In this document: in pieces, positions 37,911 to 50,194 of the stretch | Layout: every line of letters starts with the position of its first letter | Numbering within the stretch: position 1 is the stretch's first letter | The notes under the pieces: model-generated | The model's input: only the letters and a program-made list of their open reading frames with translations | Database searches by the model: none | What the model was told of the DNA's origin: nothing | Made by a program: the position numbers and the translations under genes | Origin: Eledone cirrhosa | Lineage: Eukaryota | Assembly: GCA_964016885.1 (NCBI GenBank) | Contig: OZ024743.1 | Coordinates: 229,214,001 to 229,278,000 of the forward strand | DNA length: 64,000 bases | Reading direction: 5' to 3'

Positions 37911-38322
37911 ACAAACTTTTCTCAGAGGTATTTAAATATGTGTGTGTGTGCATAAACATATGTACATATACATAAATATTTATATACAAATACATTTGTA
38001 CATACATATTTATACACACATATATACACGTATGCAAAATGTAAACAGAAAACAAATCAAACAATACAATGAAGATATATATTGGTTTAACGCTTGATAT
38101 AGTAGGAAAAGAGTCTTAACATAATTTCAGCTAACCTAGCTTTTTGATCGCACAAAGTAAATTACAATACCTGCAATTTCTACTACATAGTGCCCACTTG
38201 CCCACATCAAATAAAGTGACAGGTCTTAATACCATATGACCCACCACACAACTTTGGATAATTACACAATACTTACTATACAGCAAAAGGTTTAGTGATT
38301 TATTTATTGATATCAGAAAATA

Positions 38323-38536
38323 CAGGGTGACAACAAAAACACTCCTTGATTTCAAATACTTATAATATGAAAACTTAAATGAATATTCTTACAATATTGG
38401 TGGCTACAGTTGTATAAACTAACAAAATTTCATGTGGTATTGATTGATATTATAAACACTTGATGTCTGCCCCTTTTGTTGCTCGGCAAACTTCAATGCG
38501 ATAATCAACCTTGAAGTGTTTTTTGTTGTCACCCTG
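38323..38536. mobile_element. Tc1/mariner-type MITE
   Basis: TIRs CAGGGTGACAACAAAAA(A)CACT; TA dinucleotide at 38321-38322 and 38537-38538. Confidence 0.88.
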
Positions 38537-39079
38537 TATATTCAATTTAATTATACAAATTTGTACATAACCGTGATCCTTTAAGGTTTAGTAATGCCTG
38601 GTTGGCCACGATTGTAGCACTGGATCTGACTAGGGTCAGTATGACTGAGTATATCCTTGAAGATGATGCCTCAGTGTTAGTATAGTCTAATGAATGAAAC
38701 CAGTAAAAGAATAAAAGACTACTGTGAGGGGAGATCTGAGAATGAGGGTCTCACAAATGAGGAGATAGGATAGAGGAGAATTACTGTAATTTGGTTTTAT
38801 GAGTGCTTAAAATGAAGGAGCATCTGGGGCTCATGGAAAGAAAGGAGAAAGAAACCTTTTCGCCAGAGGAAATCTGCATAGATTACTTTACAACAGTGTG
38901 CTAAAGACATTCAAGGACCAGGAAGTGCTATTAAATGTTACTGTCCCATACCACATAAAACCACATTAGTAAGGTATTCACGAAAAGTTAAAAAAACAGC
39001 ACTATGACTGCATTGCACTAAAAATTCAAGTCTTTACTGTAATACCACAAATTTGCACAATCTAAACTATAATAAAGGA

Positions 39080-39550
39080 AGGTATGCGGGACTGCGTACG
39101 GTTTTTTTTTTTTTATCCCGTTAGTAAAATAAGTTGGATTACTTTGAATGAATATTACATAATTTATCTACTAAATTTCGTAAACAAAAATAATTTCGTA
39201 AAAATAAATAATTTAAAATTGACTTCTTTTCAAAGTTGCACTTCCGGTATATCGTTGCCACCACCACCACTTCAACTACAATATATATATAGAAAGAGAG
39301 AGTGTGTGATGTCAACACTTCCGGTGGCGATCACTTAAATAAACATACTAATTTTCTGTCACTAATTTTCTCCTAATGCAGTTTATATATAATGTCTTTT
39401 TTTAATGTATCATGGATTATGTTACTGATTACATCTTCGTTCAATTTCTGTTTATATTGTCAATTACGATTTTATTTGATGCATCATATCTACTTGCATA
39501 TAATATCAATAAACACATTACACATGCTAGCAGAAAACCACCCGAAGGTT
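39080..39550. promoter_or_regulatory. Putative promoter: local CpG enrichment with two ETS/GABP-type sites
   Basis: CACTTCCGGT at 39239-39248 and 39316-39325; many CpGs in non-repeat sequence within a CpG-poor neighbourhood. Confidence 0.45.
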
Positions 39551-42160
39551 GGTTTTTCTGCTAGTGTCTACTAATAAAGATACTTTAAACATTTAAATGA
39601 ACTATTGATACCCAACAAACTGAAACCACAAAATTCTACAAAGCAAAGCTGTTTTTTAAAACTGTATACGTTTATTTTAAAACTATCATAATGTTATGTA
39701 AGATCCTTTGTTAAGCTATGTTCCAGGTATCAGCTTAATAATGAGAATGTTATATTACTAAATCCCTCTAAATTCTTGTTTTCAAAATTATTTGAAAATT
39801 ATAAGTAATATCTGTCATTAAGAATATGGTAACTAAAGATTAAACAAACCTACTTTTAGATATTTTCTGTTAAATTACTACTGGTTATTAAGTGTTAAAC
39901 TAATTAACATTAAGTCTACCCCCTCAGAACAGTTACATTTCATTCGATGGGCTTCCATGCAGATTTGATTCATTCATTTCCATGGTAGAAGAAAGGCATT
40001 TGCCCCAAATACCACACAGTGAGACAGAACTTGCAACCATATGATTGCAAAGAAAATTTAACAGCATAACCATGTTTATGTTTATGAATATGCAGGTGCT
40101 TTGTTACATCTAATCCTTAAAAACATTAATATTAACCATGGCATTGACAATTATGATATGGGTAAAAAATAAACTGTTTTACTTCAGTTATTTATTTTTT
40201 TCTTGCAAAATGTATTGGTTACATGAATTTAAATGTTTACTTTTTTATTGGTTGTTAAAATGCTGCCATGCTGAGACATCACTTTCCCTGCCTTCATAAG
40301 CATAATCCCACTCTTGATCAAATAACTTTCAACATTAATAGCTGGTACCATTCTCTATGATACATTCTCCTCGGTGAGCAATCTCTCATGTATTATTTCT
40401 ATGCCCCTTTCTTCTTAGAGACAGTGATGAGTGATGCATCAGGCCTATAAACAATGCCTATCTACTAAATTAACCTTGCAAGGTGCTGTTCAAACAGATG
40501 CTAGAGTAAAAGACACTTGTCCAAAGTGTCACACAAGGGAGTTGAACCCAGAGCTATGTGGTTACTGAGCATTCTTCTTAGCCAAACTGACATGCTTGCA
40601 CTTGGATATTTGGTGCAGATGTTCTACTGTTAAATAGAAGCTGTTCTCTTTATCAAAATATGGCAGTAGTTTAAAATTAATTTGTTTATAATATAAAAAT
40701 CCATTAGAGCAAAATTAACAGTGTTATCCTCCATACATATAACCTGTAAACAATCTGTTCTTGATAGATCCATTGTTAGATAGCTAGGTGCGAGCAAACA
40801 TTTAATCACATTCTCCTCCTACAAACATCAATTCATAAGATAAGAGGGAATATGACGTCATCATCTGTTCTCAAGTTTAAAGTGTCAACAGAAGAACAAA
40901 TAAATGATGTGTATGTGAAAATGAAAATTACCTGAAGTATGAGAAAGTTTTATAATTATGTAAACACAGTTTCATCACCATCATTTTACTCTCACTTTCC
41001 ACGATGGCATGGGTTGAATGGGTTGCCATGGTCCAAGACCAGGCAGTTCAGAGCAACCAATCTGGCATGGTTTTTAAAGCTGGATGCCTTTCATAACACA
41101 AACTACCTGACAGAGTGCACTGGGTACATCTTTCATTATACCAGCACAAAGCAAACTGTAAAGAGCTAGAGCTTGATGGCAGAGCTCTTGCTGTTATGAC
41201 TGGGTATATATATCTTGCAAGTAGAATTTGGTAGATGGAAACTGTAGAAGCCTGTCATCACCATCAGTCCTTTTTTTAATTTTAGCATGTAAAAACGATG
41301 ATGTGGATGTTGACGGGTTTCTACACAGTTTCTGTCTACCAAATTTAATTTGCAAAGCATTGATTAAGCCAATACTATAGTAGAGGACTCTTGGTCAAGG
41401 TGCCACAGAGTAAGACTGAACTCTCCAAAACATTCAGTTAGAAAGTAAACTCAACCTATGTAAGTAATGAAACTAATTAATTGTATTTTGAACCAAATAA
41501 AAAATAAATTATGTCAAACCAGACTAGTGTTTATTTCACTGGTCCTCACATTGTACACCATGCCTATGCATCTGCTAGTAACAAATTCTGTTAGTCTCAC
41601 TGCACTTAATTTATATTGCATATACAATATCGAATTTCTACCTACTTATTTTTCTCCAATTCCCAGATGGCAGTAAAGTCCTGTCTTCTTTCCTATATAA
41701 CTTGTTTTTATTTTGTCTTTACAAAGTTTACTTTGCAACCTTTCTTCTCAAGACTTTACACAGGCTGTGTCATACACCCACATAGTCATATTTATATATC
41801 CATGTAAGATAGTTATTATTAAACCACATAAGATAGTTATTATTAATGATGACTGTTTACTTAATAGTTTCGCTGATGTTACCAGCTTCTTAAAACAATC
41901 ACCATTAATAAGATAAGGGTCTTCTGAATCAATTAAAGATGTTTATCATTTCTTCAATTTACAGAAAAATTCGTATTTTCTGGCATGTTTTCATGCCTAC
42001 ATAGTAGATATATGTATATATTTATACATATTGGGGAAGTTTCAGTTACACCCTCTTTATTTAAACAAATATAGCTTTATTATTCAATTTGGTTGCTAGC
42101 ATACATCTTACTGTGTATATACTCGTACATATGTGTGTGTGTGTGTGTGTGTAATGAGTG

Positions 42161-42211
42161 AGTGTAACTGATGAAAGATTAACAAATTTTGAAACAGCAC
42201 TGTATGATAGT
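42161..42211 (+). ncRNA. Hammerhead ribozyme-like motif (solo remnant, weak stem I)
   Basis: CTGATGA 42168-42174; stem II AAGATT-AACA-AATTTT; GAAA 42191-42194; near-palindromic stem III ACAGCACTGT; GUA triplet; stem I TGTAA/TGATA pairs 4/5. Confidence 0.55.
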
Positions 42212-42468
42212 ATCAGATCATATTGGCAACTCTGTGATATATTCAGGAAAATAGAGAAAAAACTTTTTTTCGTTATGAAAAAATATTTTTCTTTGTCAGT
42301 AAAGCTATCCATATGCTTATTGTATATAAATATATTATATATGTTTACATATACATTTCTATTATGCTTATATATATATGTATATATATATACACACACA
42401 CACACACATATATACACATATATATACACATATATACACACACAATTACCTAAATGTACCTGTGCGTG

Positions 42469-42511
<43 letters not shown>

Positions 42512-43991
42512 AATATTGTGGGAATCAGCAGGTGCTTTCCAATGAGTATGTGTTGCCACACACAAGAGCTGAATTGACAAACTGTTTCAAAGAGAAATTG
42601 TCCAAATGATAAATTTTCAAACTAGAATCTTTCTGTTAAAGATGATTTACTTTTCATATCACGTTTGCAGTATAAGAAAAGTGTTACAGAGCAGCAGGTG
42701 TCATTCATACCAGCAATCATACAATATTTCTTATCACTTTATTTTCAAGAGAAAAATCTAGATTGCAGATCAAATATACAAGTTTCTTTTTAAATAAGAA
42801 GTTACATAAAACAAAGACTGCTGCTGCTGCTGTTGCTACTACTACTACTGCTACTACTACTACTACTACCTACACTATGAGGAGAAGGGGAAAGATAACT
42901 GTTTTTAATTGAAGCACAAAGCTAGTAATTTTGGGTAGAGGGAACATTGATGACTATGAACTCCTGTACTCCAATAGTAAGTTATTTTATTGATCCTGAA
43001 AGGAGGAAAGGCAGAGTTCACCTCGGCAGTAATTGAACTCAATGTACAGAGATGGAAGAAATACACCAAATTATTTCTTTTGATTCACTAAAGCTCCTGT
43101 CAATCCATTACGCTTTAATAATAATAATAATAATAATAGATTAATTTTATGTGAGTGTATGTGTGTGAGAGAGAGAAAGTGTGTGTTTATACAAATCAAC
43201 ATTTGGTGCATATGTACATGCAGGTTTATTTATGAAGCTATGTAGGTTTATGTAGAACAAAATACATGACTACATGTAGATTTGTAAAAATGTACATATG
43301 CATGGGTGTTTATGCACGAATGCATGAATATGCAATATATATCCATGAATGTGAATTCTTTTACTGGTTTCATTCGTTTAACTGAAACCATGCTGAAGCA
43401 CCACTTTAAAGGGATTTGTTGAACTCCCAATACTTATTTGTTTTACCCTTGGAACATATATTTCATTAAACCACCAGGTTACTGAATTTAATCACATATT
43501 CTTCTATCTTTCTGTATGACACTTTTAGACTGTTTCTGTCAGACAAATTTCAGTCACAAGGCAGTTGTCAACACAGCACTATAGTAGAAGAGACTAGCCC
43601 ATGCTGCCACATGGGAACAAAATGAATTACTTCACCAAATAACCAAGCTTATACTAGGGTATATTTATGCATAGGTATATATATATATATATATATTTGC
43701 TACAAAGTTTGCATATTCTCCCAATAAAGACTCAAAAGATTTAGATAAACTAGGGAAAGAATTTGAATTAGAATGATTTAATCTTTTTATATCAAATCAT
43801 CTGAAACCACTCCTAATTCTATGACACAAATCTGTCTATTTTAAAGTATTTTATTTTTCAATCCTTCTAAATTCCTGATTATTTTCATAATTATTTGCAA
43901 GGCATAGGCAATGTCTTTCATGAGAAACATGGTAAAGAAAGTTAGATAGATGTTTAGATATTTTAGCCAAAAAGAAAATAATGCTTTCCTG

Positions 43992-44022
<31 letters not shown>

Positions 44023-44367
44023 GTTGGAGGCAAGACAAAGAAAGAACAAAAGATATTTTTATTAAAGAACCTTGTTGAAACCAAAGATCAAATATCACTT
44101 CTAGTGGAAGTAAAATGAACACTACTTGTTCAAAGAATTTAGTGTCTTGGGAAACCATTTCCAATTTCAGTTGTTCTTGCTCTAGTGTTTTTTTTAATCT
44201 CTGTTTAATGTTTATGTGAATGTATAGATTTATTCATACAGAAGTGAGTGATTCTTTATATTATTTGTGTATAAAAATATTCCCATATAGTGAAGAAGTA
44301 TGTGTGCATATATGAGTGTGTGCGCGCGCGTGTGCGTGTGCGTATATATATATATATATATATATCT

Positions 44368-45945
44368 ATCATCATCATCATCATCAACGTTTAACGTCCG
44401 TGTTCCACGCTTGCATGGGTTTGGACGGGGGTTTTCCCACTTGAGGCAAGAGTGATTGTCTTGCTCGCATAGGACTGTCTGGCAGGTTTTCTACAGTTGG
44501 ATGCCCTTCCTAACACCAACCACATTTACAGTGTGGGTCTGGGAGGCTTTTACCGTGTTGCCTACACGGCCACATTACAGCGTGGACTGTGTGTTTTTTT
44601 GTCGTGACACCTACACGATCTCATTTGTTTCAGCCTGGATGGTGTGGCACCAACATCACTTTACATAGAAGGGGGCGGTGTGGATGGGGTGGGGTGGGGG
44701 TGTATTTTGTTAGAGATGCCTACTGACTGTAGTAGGTTTTACTATGTATTTAGGTAAGGCGGGTCTTCTCTATTACTGAGTACCGCTAAAGGTCTCGGTC
44801 CAGTGACATTGTCTTGGAGAGGTCTAAGTGTGTGAGGTCGGAGTTTATCAGCTCGTCCCAGGTTTTTCTGGGTCTGCCTATTCCGTGGCTACCGTCTATC
44901 TTTATTGCCCTGCACTTTGTTATACAGCTATCGTCTTTCATGCGCATCACGTGTCCATACCAACGTAGCCTTCTCTCGAGTAAACAACATCTGATCCCTC
45001 TTATTTCTAATTTTTTCCTTAGTTCGTTTATGCTTTGCCGTTCACGTATATTACTATTACACATCCAGCGGAGCATGCAAGCTTCGTTCCTCTCTAGTCT
45101 GCGTATATCCTCTGCACACAATGCCCAGGTCTCACTGCCATGCAACATTGCTGTTCGTATGCAGGCATCATACAACCTGCCTTTCATTTTTAGGGAGAAC
45201 CCTTTAGCGGCTAATAGTGGTATAAGCTCTCTGAACTTTTTCCATCCAGTTCTGACTCTAGCTACTGTACTTTCAGAGCACCCTCCCCCACTGCTCATTT
45301 TGTCACCCAGGTAACGGAAGCTGTCCACTATTTCTATAGAGCCCTCTGCGCAGTTGAAAGAGCTAGTATTTTGTGGGCACTTGCTGCTACTTATTGCACC
45401 AGAGCACCGGCCACATGTGAAATCTATGTTCTTAGTTAGCTTACCTGTGATCCCACTACATCTTTTTTGCACCCATACTTTGCATTTCGGACACAAAATG
45501 GAGTTTCTACCTACGCCTTTCCTACACACTGAGCATGGCCACTTCCCGGAAGGGACCGCCACCTTATTTTCTTTCCTACAAACTAGAACTTTGGTCTTAG
45601 CCAGGTTAATTTTAAGGCCTTTTGATTCTAGGCCGTGCTTCCATGTTTGGAATTTCTTCTCTAGCTCGGCCATTGATTCAGCTATGAGTGTTAGGTCGTC
45701 TGCGTATAGGAGTTCCCATGGGCAGCCGGTCTTGAACTCCTCTGCTATAGCCTGAAGGGCAATAATAAATAGTAGGGGGCTGAGAACAGAGCCCTGATGG
45801 ACGCCAACTTTTACGCTAAACTCTTCACTATATTCGTTGTTAATTCTAACCTTGCTGACTGTTTCTTTATACATGGCTTGTATAGCTCTCACAAGCCATT
45901 CGTCAACACCTAGTTTTCTAAGAGCCCACCAGATAATGGAACGGG
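44368..45945 (-). mobile_element. Young 5'-truncated RTE-clade LINE
   Basis: Uninterrupted RT frame, ~400-nt 3' UTR and (GAT)n tail; both ends abut (TA)n. Confidence 0.95.
44786..45945 (-). CDS. RTE reverse transcriptase C-terminal part with Cys-rich (PHD-like) insertion; 5'-truncated
   Basis: GVHQGSVLSPLLF, LLYADDL, GLKINLAKTKV, CSVC..CPKC..C..CGRC insert, FRYLG, MLHGSETW, RRLRWYGHVMR, GRPRKTW. The listed start at 45973 lies in flanking microsatellite/SINE sequence. Confidence 0.9.
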
Positions 45946-45963
45946 ATATATATATATATATAT

Positions 45964-46299
45964 GGAGGCACATGGCTTAGTGGTTAGAGCATTGGCCTTG
46001 CAATTGAAAGGTTGTGAGTTCAATTCTCAGACCGGGTGATGTGTTGTTTCCTTGAGCAAGACACTTTATTTCACATTGCTCCAGTTTACTCAGCTGTAGA
46101 AATGAGATGATAGGGACTGGGGTCCCTATCATTCCACTGCAAAGTGGTTGTGGAGGTGCCACGGCAAAAAAGTACTCAGCACTCACTGTAAATGAGGTTG
46201 GTGTTAGGAAGGGCATCCAGCTGTAGAAATCAAGCCAGAATCAGTTCCTGTCCCACCCTTGCAAGCAGGGAAAAGCGGACGTAAAATGATGATGATGAT
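45964..46299 (+). mobile_element. Young full-length tRNA-derived SINE with RTE-derived tail
   Basis: Same family as 10166-10511; A/B boxes; internal hairpin GATAGGGAC-TGGG-GTCCCTATC; (GAT)n tail. Confidence 0.92.
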
Positions 46300-46524
46300 A
46301 TATATATATATACATGCATACATTCTTTTATTCTTTTACTGGTTTTAGTTATTAAACTCCAGCTATGCTACAACACCATCGTAATTTAGTCCATCATATT
46401 GTCATAGTGATCTTAGTCCTTATTTAATCAACTCCTTTTGTATTGAGTTGCTAAGTTATTGAACATAAACACAAGCACAGGCAAAAATGTAAACAAAAAA
46501 GGAGACACACACACACATATATAA

Positions 46525-46782
46525 AGACCTCCTTCGGTCATGAATGACAATAGGACTTCCAAGACAAGTCTGGGCAAGGTGTTTTTGTGGAAGACCATGC
46601 ATACTAGTCTCTCTGTGGAAGACCATGCATACTAGTTGCCCATGCATACTAGTCTCTCTTTTCCATGCCACCAATGTTGTCCAAAGAAAAGGCTAAGGCT
46701 GATACAGTTTGGTACCAGTGATGTCACAACTTATTTCTACAGTTGAGTGAACTGGAGAAATATGAAATAAAGTGTTTGCTTA
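46525..46782 (-). mobile_element. SINE body/tail of a further subfamily, with a small internal duplication
   Basis: Reverse complement resembles 49340-49580 (..CATGGG.GACTGC.GGT.TTCCA..CAT(G)ACCGAAGG); TGTGGAAGACCATGCATACTAGT is duplicated at 46586 and 46614. Confidence 0.6.
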
Positions 46783-49242
46783 AAACATTGATAGAAGAGC
46801 TTGTCTCAGCAATCTTGGAAATATTTTTTTTCCTTCATTCATTTGTGTTTAGGATAAGTACAATGTATCACTGTATGACATAAGGTAACTAATACCGTTG
46901 GCACTAGGAAGGACTTTTGGCTGTAGAATATTTCTTCAAAAATGAACCCACAATGAGTATGAATCCTTTCATAGGTGTGGCTAGAGCTAATTCCTGCTTT
47001 ATAAGAGGAAAGTATCCTTAACCCTTCCATCATAATCTTAAATAAGAACCTTTGTTATATTATGTTTTACAAATGCCAGCTAAATAATAACAAAAGTTAA
47101 GTTATATTACTAAATCCCATCAAATTCTTCATAATTTTAAAATTATATGCAATGGTTTTCATTAGAAATGAGATAATAAACAGATTTAAATGCTTGCCTA
47201 CTCTATTCATGTAAATAAACATACCCTTTTGAAATAAAAAAAAAACTCTGCTCCTAACAGTTGATGTTTCTTTTGAGAGTTTGTTATTGAAAGAATATCT
47301 AGTTGGATTAGTTTAAACAATACAAAGAATCACAGGAAAGAATGGAGGAGATAGTGCTGAGTGTTTCAATTGTTGTATAAGAAGAAAAAAGAGTATTTAA
47401 TAGAGAAACAAAAAACAACATTTTCTTTAGGCGAAGAAGAGGTGGTGGAGAGCAGACATGTAAAATATTGCTTGCATACTTCCCAGCAAAGGAAAAATAT
47501 CCACATTCCACTAAGATGCGAACCATGTTAGTTCATGGCAAAATGTTAGATAAATAAAGTCAAAGACCTGTGTCGCCAGGAAAAAAAACAAATATAAAAC
47601 AAATATAAAAGCAATAAAAGAATTTACCAAGTAGAATTATCTGAGAACAGAAAAATAACTGCACCAACTATAGAAAAATAAAGATCATGAATTTGTGTGT
47701 GTATTATATATATATATATTCATATATTTATATACATACATGCATACATACACACATATACATACACACATAAGAAAAGAAGTCCCATGAAAGAATCAAG
47801 ATAAAAAAAGAGGACAATTTCCTCTCATTGGAACCAGAGAATGGGGTTAGGGATAAAGACCCCAAGTTTTAATCAAACTGACACTGCTGACATGTCAGTT
47901 GACAACCATTTAATCATTTAGTCTCATTTATTTTAAGTTTAACCCAACAACAACAATAACAATAACATTCAGCAGCACTGCTGTTCTTTACAGTCAATTC
48001 TGATTAAACCATTGATTGTAAAACCTGGAGACTTGTAAAAGTCAAATTGAGACACCGATGAGACAAATATTGAGAGTTCTAAGAGAAAATTAGAATTAAA
48101 TATAGGGTAAAGGGGAATAATAATATCCTTGGTGAAAGGAGTAAGGAAGAGGGATTGAGAAGTTAAATTCAACAGAAATTCTCATCTAATTTGAAATTTA
48201 TAAAACAAGAATTAGATACTTTGCAAATGATATTTTCTTTTATACTATTCTTTTCATGGTTTCAGGCATGAAATTGTGATCATGCTGAGGCACCACTTTT
48301 ATTTAGATTTCCAAGAACTTGTTTTATCCAAGCACAATTTTTTCTGATACTTATTTTATTAATCTCATTTTTTAATTTGTTTTGTTGAATCAGTAAGATA
48401 TAGGACATAAACACACATACACACACACTTTTATATGGTGGCAATCTGTAGTTTCTATATACCAAATTCCACTTACAAAGTATTAGTCAACATGAAGATT
48501 CTTCCAAAGCTTCCACATAGTGTGGGAGTGAACCCAGAAACATGTTGTTGTGAAGTGAACCTCTAAACTACATGGCCTTGCCTGTGTAAAAACAATAATA
48601 ATATCCTAAGAGAAAAGAGTTAGGTAAGAATTTTCCGTGTTACTTTATTTCATTCAATATGAAATATTTTAAAGTGAGGAATAGATTTTGTTTTTCAAAT
48701 GATCTCCAGAGTTTTCTTAATTCCCATTAGAATTATAGGCATCCTAGCTAAAACTAGTTCTGGTTATATGAAACAAAACCACTCATTTTAAAATATTTCT
48801 TCTAAAATTAACTCTTGTACCACACTAAAAGCACTATAATTACCTCACATTAATGACTGACGTCTTCACAAATTTTTATCATGATCTGCCCACCGGTATA
48901 GATGCTATAAACATTTGAGTTAAACCCATTTTTAAAGATATTTCTGCTAATTTATTACAGGGTGTTAAGTGGTAGAATGTTCCATTCCAACATAATTTAA
49001 TCTAAGAAGCACATGTTAAGTTACTGTATTAGTAATGGAATAATTAATAATTTTAGTAAATCCCTTAAAACGTTTCATTAATTAATCTTTAGAAGTTACA
49101 CGTGGTATCATTTAGAGGAAATGATAAGATCAAAGTCAATAATCCTACACCTTTTGATTTAATTAGTTAAAGCGAGATATACAAACAGAACATTTTAGTT
49201 ACCACCTGCATAGATTCTACTACTATATGAGGATAGAGTGTG

Positions 49243-49585
49243 AAGGTGTATAGCTTAGTGGTTAGGGTGTTCATCTCAGGATAATAAAGTTGTAAATTTG
49301 GTTCTCAAACAAAGTAGTGTGTTGCAACCTTAAGGATGATACTTTATTTCACATTGCTCTGGTCTACTCAGGTGGCAAAAGTGATCTGTGATGACACTAA
49401 GGCTAAGCTGTATTAGCTTTTACCTCTTTCCTTTAGACAGCATCAATGTCATGAAGAGGGGAGATTGGTGTGCATGGGTGACTGCGGGTTTTCCACATAT
49501 CACATTGCACAGTTTTATGCCTTTAGGAATAACTTTCCAGGTGCAAACCCATCGTCAGTCATGGCCTAAGGGAGCCTTTATGAGG
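49243..49585 (+). mobile_element. tRNA-headed SINE with a fourth tail type
   Basis: TAGCTTAGTGGTTAGGG A box and ACTTTATTTCACATTGCTC body; tail related to 46525-46700. Confidence 0.65.
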
Positions 49586-49610
49586 ATATAGTGAGTGATT
49601 GAGTGAGTCG

Positions 49611-49641
<31 letters not shown>

Positions 49642-49915
49642 GTATACAGATATATATATATGTATGTGTGTGTGACTACATAATATTTATCGTGAAGTTT
49701 ATAAAAAGCACTGGAGTATATTTAAAGATTCTTTTCTTTAATCTGACAGAATAACTATTTTTATATTTGTTGCATTTTAAATGGATTTAATTTCTATCAG
49801 ATATTACTGGTCTCGATTGGTATGACAACAGAAGATAGAAAGGAAGACAGATGAGAGTAAAAAAGAATACAAGAAGAGAAGAAAAAACGTGTCAATCATC
49901 AAGTTTATATGTGTG

Positions 49916-50194
49916 CAGGATTGGATTTAGACCTTGGAGGCCCCTCATACACAAAAAATTAGAATACACAGCAAACACTGCAATTTTATATATCAAATTT
50001 AGCTAGGTACAAGTAATTATAATTGAAAAATTATACATACAGGTATTTTACATTCAAAAATTCTAACCATCCTAAAACTAAAAAGCCCAGCTAAGGGCAC
50101 AAATGAATTGCTACAGCTGTCGCTGGTCGAGCCTCCCACTGCAGAGGGGGGGGGGGGGGCCCAGTTGTCCCCTCCCCTCTTAAATTCGGCCCTG
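49916..50194. mobile_element. hAT-like MITE (CAGGGCCGGATTTA-type ends)
   Basis: Left CAGGATTGGATTTA; right TAAATTCGGCCCTG; subterminal GGCCC motifs; 8-bp flanks TATGTGTG / GGTGTGTG. Confidence 0.65.

Noticed and set aside
44814-45755. + strand ORFs of 166 aa and 133 aa
   Set aside because: Antisense shadows of the RTE reverse transcriptase frame.
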